From assembly GCA_951406725.2 (NCBI GenBank), contig OX597828.1, positions 54,870,001-54,934,000 of the forward strand: 64,000 bases of DNA, in the 5' to 3' direction. The DNA is from Octopus vulgaris. Its lineage: Eukaryota. The translations under genes were made by a program, and so were the position numbers. The notes beneath the pieces were generated by a model, which was not told the origin of the DNA, ran no database searches, and saw only the letters and a program-made list of their open reading frames with translations. This document shows, piece by piece, positions 59,437 to 64,000 of this stretch. Every line of letters begins with the position of its first letter. The stretch's first letter is position 1.

Positions 59437-59516
59437 TCACTGTACACGTAGCAGGATTAAATGCAATAAGATAAATTTAGGATTAATTTTATTACTTGCA
59501 AATCTGGTGACGTGTA
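59437..59516 (-). CDS. Candidate terminal exon of the unidentified convergent gene
   Basis: Minus strand acceptor tagttttcttcccttgatcaacag|TACACGTCACCAGAT followed by non-repetitive UTR-like sequence. The frame cannot be fixed, so the end is approximate. Confidence 0.25.
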
Positions 59517-59609
59517 CTGTTGATCAAGGGAAGAAAACTATATGGGAAAGTAAGCCATGTTTATCTCACATAAATTAACATATATTGGAGTTAACACACA
59601 CACACACAT

Positions 59610-59995
59610 AGGTGCAGGAGTGGCTGTGTGGTAAGTAGCTTGCTTACCAACTACATGATTCCAGGTTCAGTCCCACTGCGTGGCACCTTGGGTAAGTGTC
59701 TTCTATTATAGCCTTGGGCCGGCCAAAGCCTTGTGAGTGGATTTGGTAGAAGGAAACTGAAAGAAGCCCGTTGTGTATATGTGTGTGTGTTGTATGTCTA
59801 TGTTTGTCCCCCCCCCCCCCCCGCAACATCGCTTGACAACCAATGCTGGTGTGTTTATGTCCCCATCACTTAGTGGGTCAGCAAGAGAGACCGATAGAAT
59901 AAGTACTAGGCTTACAAAGAATAAGTCCTGGGGTCGATTTGCTCGACTAAAGGCAGTGCTCCAGCATGGCTGCAGTCAAATGACTGAAACAAATA
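59610..59995 (+). mobile_element. SINE family A copy followed tail-to-tail by an inverted partial copy (60030-60200)
   Basis: Match to 13527. Confidence 0.88.
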
Positions 59996-60426
59996 ATAGA
60001 AAGAAAGAAGGAACAAAAGAATATAATTTCTTTTACTTATTTCAGTTAATTAGACTGTGGCCATGCTGGGGCACCATTTTGAACAATCTTTTAGTCAAAC
60101 GAATCAACTCCAGTACTTATTCAATCAGTCTCTTTTGCTGAACTGTTAAGTTATGGAAATGTAAACATTCCAACTCCAGTTATCAAGCAGTGGTGGTGGA
60201 CAAAAAGACACATGTACACAGATAATATATACACATATACGTATGTGGGATTGTTGGTATGGCTGTTATTGTATGTGTGGAACAGTATTATAAAACATCC
60301 ATCTGATGTATATATAAATTTAAAATAATAAGGGTGAAAATTGAATATTAATTTGAATTAATATCAATTTAAAACCAGTGGTCTAGCATATTAAAACCCA
60401 AAGATTCAGAAAAATTATATTACATA

Positions 60427-60645
60427 ATATAAGAGGGATGACCACTAAGCGGACATCCATTATGCTAGAAGTAGATCCACTATGGTCTTACCACTAAGAA
60501 AGGAATGTTCTCAGAAAATTTAGCAAACACTCACGTTCTGGTGTTTGCTAAATTCTCTTGAGAACATTCCTTTCTTAGTGGTAAGACCATAGTGGATCTA
60601 CTTTTAGCATAATGTATATCCACGTAGTGGTCATCCCTCTTATAT
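60427..60645. repeat. Inverted repeat, ~104-bp arms, 10-nt loop
   Basis: AGTAGATCCACTATGGTCTTACCACTAAGAAAGGAATGTTCTCA / TGAGAACATTCCTTTCTTAGTGGTAAGACCATAGTGGATCTACT. Confidence 0.93.
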
Positions 60646-60662
60646 GTGCATATATATATATA

Positions 60663-61764
60663 TCTCTTATTATAAAAGGCAGATTTTATCTGCCTCCCTT
60701 TGTCACTTATAGAAATCTACAATATAGGATTTCTTCAATTACAATTTACCTAGCATTTTTAAGAGTAGAATGCATCGGGTCATGCCAGGTCCAGTTTTTA
60801 AAATTTAAACTCCAATTAAGCAAAATTTACAGAAAACTCACATTCTGGTGTGTATGTCAAATGCTTTTCTTAGTCTGGTTTACAGCACACGCAAACGCAC
60901 ACACACAGTGTGCAACGAATAAAGTGAAACTAGATATAATATTTGTTTCTGTCTATCACGCTGATAGATACATGAGTAAAATGTATGGCAAGCTAAGAGA
61001 TAAGAGTGAGTGAAAATGTTCTTGGAAGAGAGTAAATAGCGACAGAGTGATTTGAGGAAGACTAAACTGAAAGTATGAAACAGTGTTTATGTATAAACAG
61101 ACGACACTTATATATAGTTATTAATAAATGTATGCATCCGTTTAACCCTTTCGTTACCAAACCGCCCGAATTTACCTATTCATATTTAAATGAGAATATC
61201 AGAGTAAATCTCTTTAGTACATTCGTGAAAACACGTATTATACTTCGTAAACACTTCAAATACAGTTTTGTACAAAAATCGAAGTGTAATTTTAATTCCG
61301 TGAATTATGGGAGATTTTTTTTCCGAAATTTGTTCCTATTGTATTTTCAAAATTTGTAATTCTGACAAAAAATGGATACGAATTTCATTATATCAAGCAG
61401 CGAGTCAGAATTCGAAGGATTTTCTACTGAAGACCTTCATAAATCTAACTCTATGATTGAAAAAAAAAAGCATCTTTATATAAGAGTGAAGTTGTGTGTC
61501 TGTCTCCTACGATTTAGATTCGTAACTACTCCCACATTTTGCGGTGCAGTTTAACCAAAAGCGGGTATCTTATAGTCGTGATCCATATCGAGCCCTTCTG
61601 GGTATTAGCGCGCGTCTACGGAACGATTTAAAAAAAAAAAATTTAGCTTAATTTTTTTTCAATTTTTAATGCATTTTTTTGCTATTTTTTGGCTATAACT
61701 CTCTAAAAATGCTTATATAGTTATTTCCCTTACAAACCCGAGCAACGCCGGGCGATACTGCTAG
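60663..61764 (+). mobile_element. Composite non-autonomous Helitron (two 5' ends, captured piggyBac-like fragment)
   Basis: A|TCTCTTATTATAAAAGGCAG at 60663 and a second A|TCTTTATATAAGAGTG at 61473; one 3' hairpin plus CTAG|T at 61764. Confidence 0.75.
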
Positions 61765-62904
61765 TATATATAAACACGTAAAATCAATGGGCTTTTTTTA
61801 GTTTCTGTCTCCCAAATCCACTCACAAGATTTTGGTCAGCCCAAGGCTATAGTAAAAGACATTTGCCTAAGGTAGTATGCAGTGGGACAGAACCCAGGAC
61901 CATGTGGTTGGGAAGCAAGCTTTTTACCACACAGCCACCTGTGCTTATATATATATATAATAAAAAAAAAAACTAGGTGTAATAAAATAAGAGTACCCAC
62001 CAAGAGGACAGTCATCGCCAGGAAGTTTGCAATCAGGACAGCAACCATCGAATGCCATGCGACAAATTCCACAATTATCATCATTGGCAATCCATCGCCA
62101 TGTGGCTACAGCTGTCCAGCTGAAACAATGTGAAGGATCAGAAATCTATCAATAATATTTACATGAATCAGAAGAGTGTGTGTTTGTGTGTGTCTTTCTC
62201 TATATTTGTCCCCCACCACTCTTTGACAACCTGTGTTGGGGTATTTATGCCTCTGCAACTTAGCAGTTTAGCAAAAGAAATTAATAGAATAAGTACCAGT
62301 TTTAACCCTTTCGTTACCAACCTGGCTGAAACCGGCTCTGGCTCAGTATACCAGCCTGTGGGTGCAATAAAATGAGCTCATAGGCACAATTGCACCTGCG
62401 GGCAGGGTTTCCCCACCCTTGATTTAATAGAATCTATTTCACATGGTCTGTTATTGATATCTGTTACTGTGAATTTACTTCTTACAAAATCCATCTTTTC
62501 TGTCAGCACACCTGTGATTCCACTTCATTTCTCTTTCTCAATGTGTGTTGATGAAAGAAGTAAACAATGAGCAAACCAGAAAACTAGTTCTTTCTAATAA
62601 AAATAACAGCAATCGCTTGGAACTCAAGAGCTATGATTTGGAAATCAAGTACCACAACCATCCAGCTATTTCTTTTCAACTCTCTTAACCACAGACCTTA
62701 GCAGAAACAAAAGACACACAGACTGCAACCAGGAAAAAAATATGACACTTCACATAGTTGTAGCCTACAATAAAGATGCCACATATTAACATTGTAAATT
62801 GGAACTTACAAGTTGATCCTATGTCTACCAGAGAGGACGGTCACAGTACTTACATGATTAATTGATTGAACGAGGAAGAGAAGTGACATTCACATTTTTC
62901 TATC

Positions 62905-63650
62905 AGCCTCCCCTGGCACGTAAAAAGCTCTATCTGTACGTGGCCAATACCAGTGCCGCCTTGACTGGCTTCCGTGCCAGTGGCATGTGAAAAGCCCCAA
63001 CCGATCGTGGTCGTTGCCAGCCTCCCCTGGCACATAAAAAGCACCCACTACACTCATGGAGTGGTTGGCGTTAGGAAGGGCATCCACTGTAGAAACACTG
63101 CCAGATCAGACTGGAGGCTGGTGCAACCTCCTGGCTTCGCAGACCCCAGTCAAACTGTCCAATCCATGCTAGCATGGAAAACGGACGTTAAACGATGATG
63201 ATGATGATTTAACGTTAGTTTTTCCATGCTGACATGAGTTGGATAGTTTGACAGGAGCTGACCAGCTGAGGGGTCATTCAGGCCCCCTGTCTGTTTGGCA
63301 TGGTTTCTACAGCTGGATGCCCTTCCTAATGCCGTCCACTTCACAGAGTGTACTGGGTACTTTTACGCAGCACTGGCATGGGTGCTTTTTACATGGCACC
63401 AGCACCTACAAGCCTGTGAGATTAGGGATACTCAGCTGAAGAGGATTGCAGGGGACGAGCCTGTATGCAAGGACAACTACTTACTTAGCTTCACATGTCT
63501 TTTCAAGCACAACAAACCGCCAGGGGTCTCGGTCCCCTGAAATCCCTTCTGTGAGTTCTAACGTCTGTAAATCCTTTCTCACCACTTTGTCCCACGTCTT
63601 CCTGGGTCTACGCCTTCTATATGTTCCCACTCCAATTATAGATCAGCATC
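62905..63650. mobile_element. Tail-to-tail pair of RTE-type 3' ends (+ 62905-63205; - 63207-63650)
   Basis: The minus copy encodes RRRPRKTWDKVVRKDLQTLELT..DRDPWR (RTE C-terminus). Both copies share GGAAGGGCATCCA..CATGGAAAA..ACGTTAAA. Confidence 0.8.
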
Positions 63651-63732
63651 TCTAATGTTCATCAATAAAGCGAAATAACTCCAACCAGAATTTAAATGTC
63701 ATGTAGTCAGAATTGGTATACCTGAATCTTAC

Positions 63733-63762
63733 CTCTTGGCTGTAGCACACGGGACAGAGAAA
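63733..63762 (-). CDS. Candidate 30-nt exon of an unidentified convergent gene
   Basis: Minus strand: T9-atttctaaag|TTTCTCTGTCCCGTGTGCTACAGCCAAGAG|gtaaga. Open in all three phases (FLCPVCYSQE in phase 0). No homology recognised. Confidence 0.35.
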
Positions 63763-64000
63763 CTTTAGAAATAAAAAAAAATCCTTTTGTGATCAGGAAA
63801 CCATTCTTTCTTACCAAACTGCTACTCACCCTGTAATACAGAAAAGAAATTTCATAATCATAGATGACAATCAAAGGAAAGTATGACTTAATGTTTGAAT
63901 GATAGGATAGGTTAATATACATTGATACAGGAATGGTAGAGGAGAGAAAGTGCACATTTGAATGACCAAGAGAAAATACATTAAAAAATATTTATTTTCA

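Noticed and set aside
62848-62900. Perfect minus-strand donor AT|gtaagt
   Set aside because: No credible acceptor upstream, because it runs into a repeat.

Overview
AT-rich, microsatellite- and retroposon-dense eukaryotic DNA. The SINE families and (TA)n/(ATGT)n/(AAT)n load resemble an octopod cephalopod genome (inference). Almost all ORFs in the supplied track are microsatellite or repeat artefacts. One complete 8-exon gene can be assembled by hand on the + strand: an LRRC61-like leucine-rich-repeat protein, ATG 38704 to TAG 54527, 247 aa, with all GT-AG junctions in consistent phase. It has a YY1-type motif and three short uORFs in front of it. Possible 3' exons of a second, convergent - strand gene lie at about 59.4-63.8 kb. 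The rest is tRNA-derived SINEs, 3' ends of R4/Dong-, CR1- and RTE-type LINEs, Helitron/Helentron non-autonomous elements, and Tigger, Tc1/mariner and piggyBac remnants. The least explained structure is a set of long foldback palindromes with mutually unrelated arms, mostly sitting in (TA)n tracts. Several carry full, half or core-variant hammerhead-ribozyme motifs of the Penelope-like type. One palindrome arm starts at the predicted cleavage site, and two motifs show a U3:A8 core covariation. A shift to CpG-decayed repeat copies beyond about 40 kb suggests gene-body methylation. Repeat boundaries were read by eye and are approximate.
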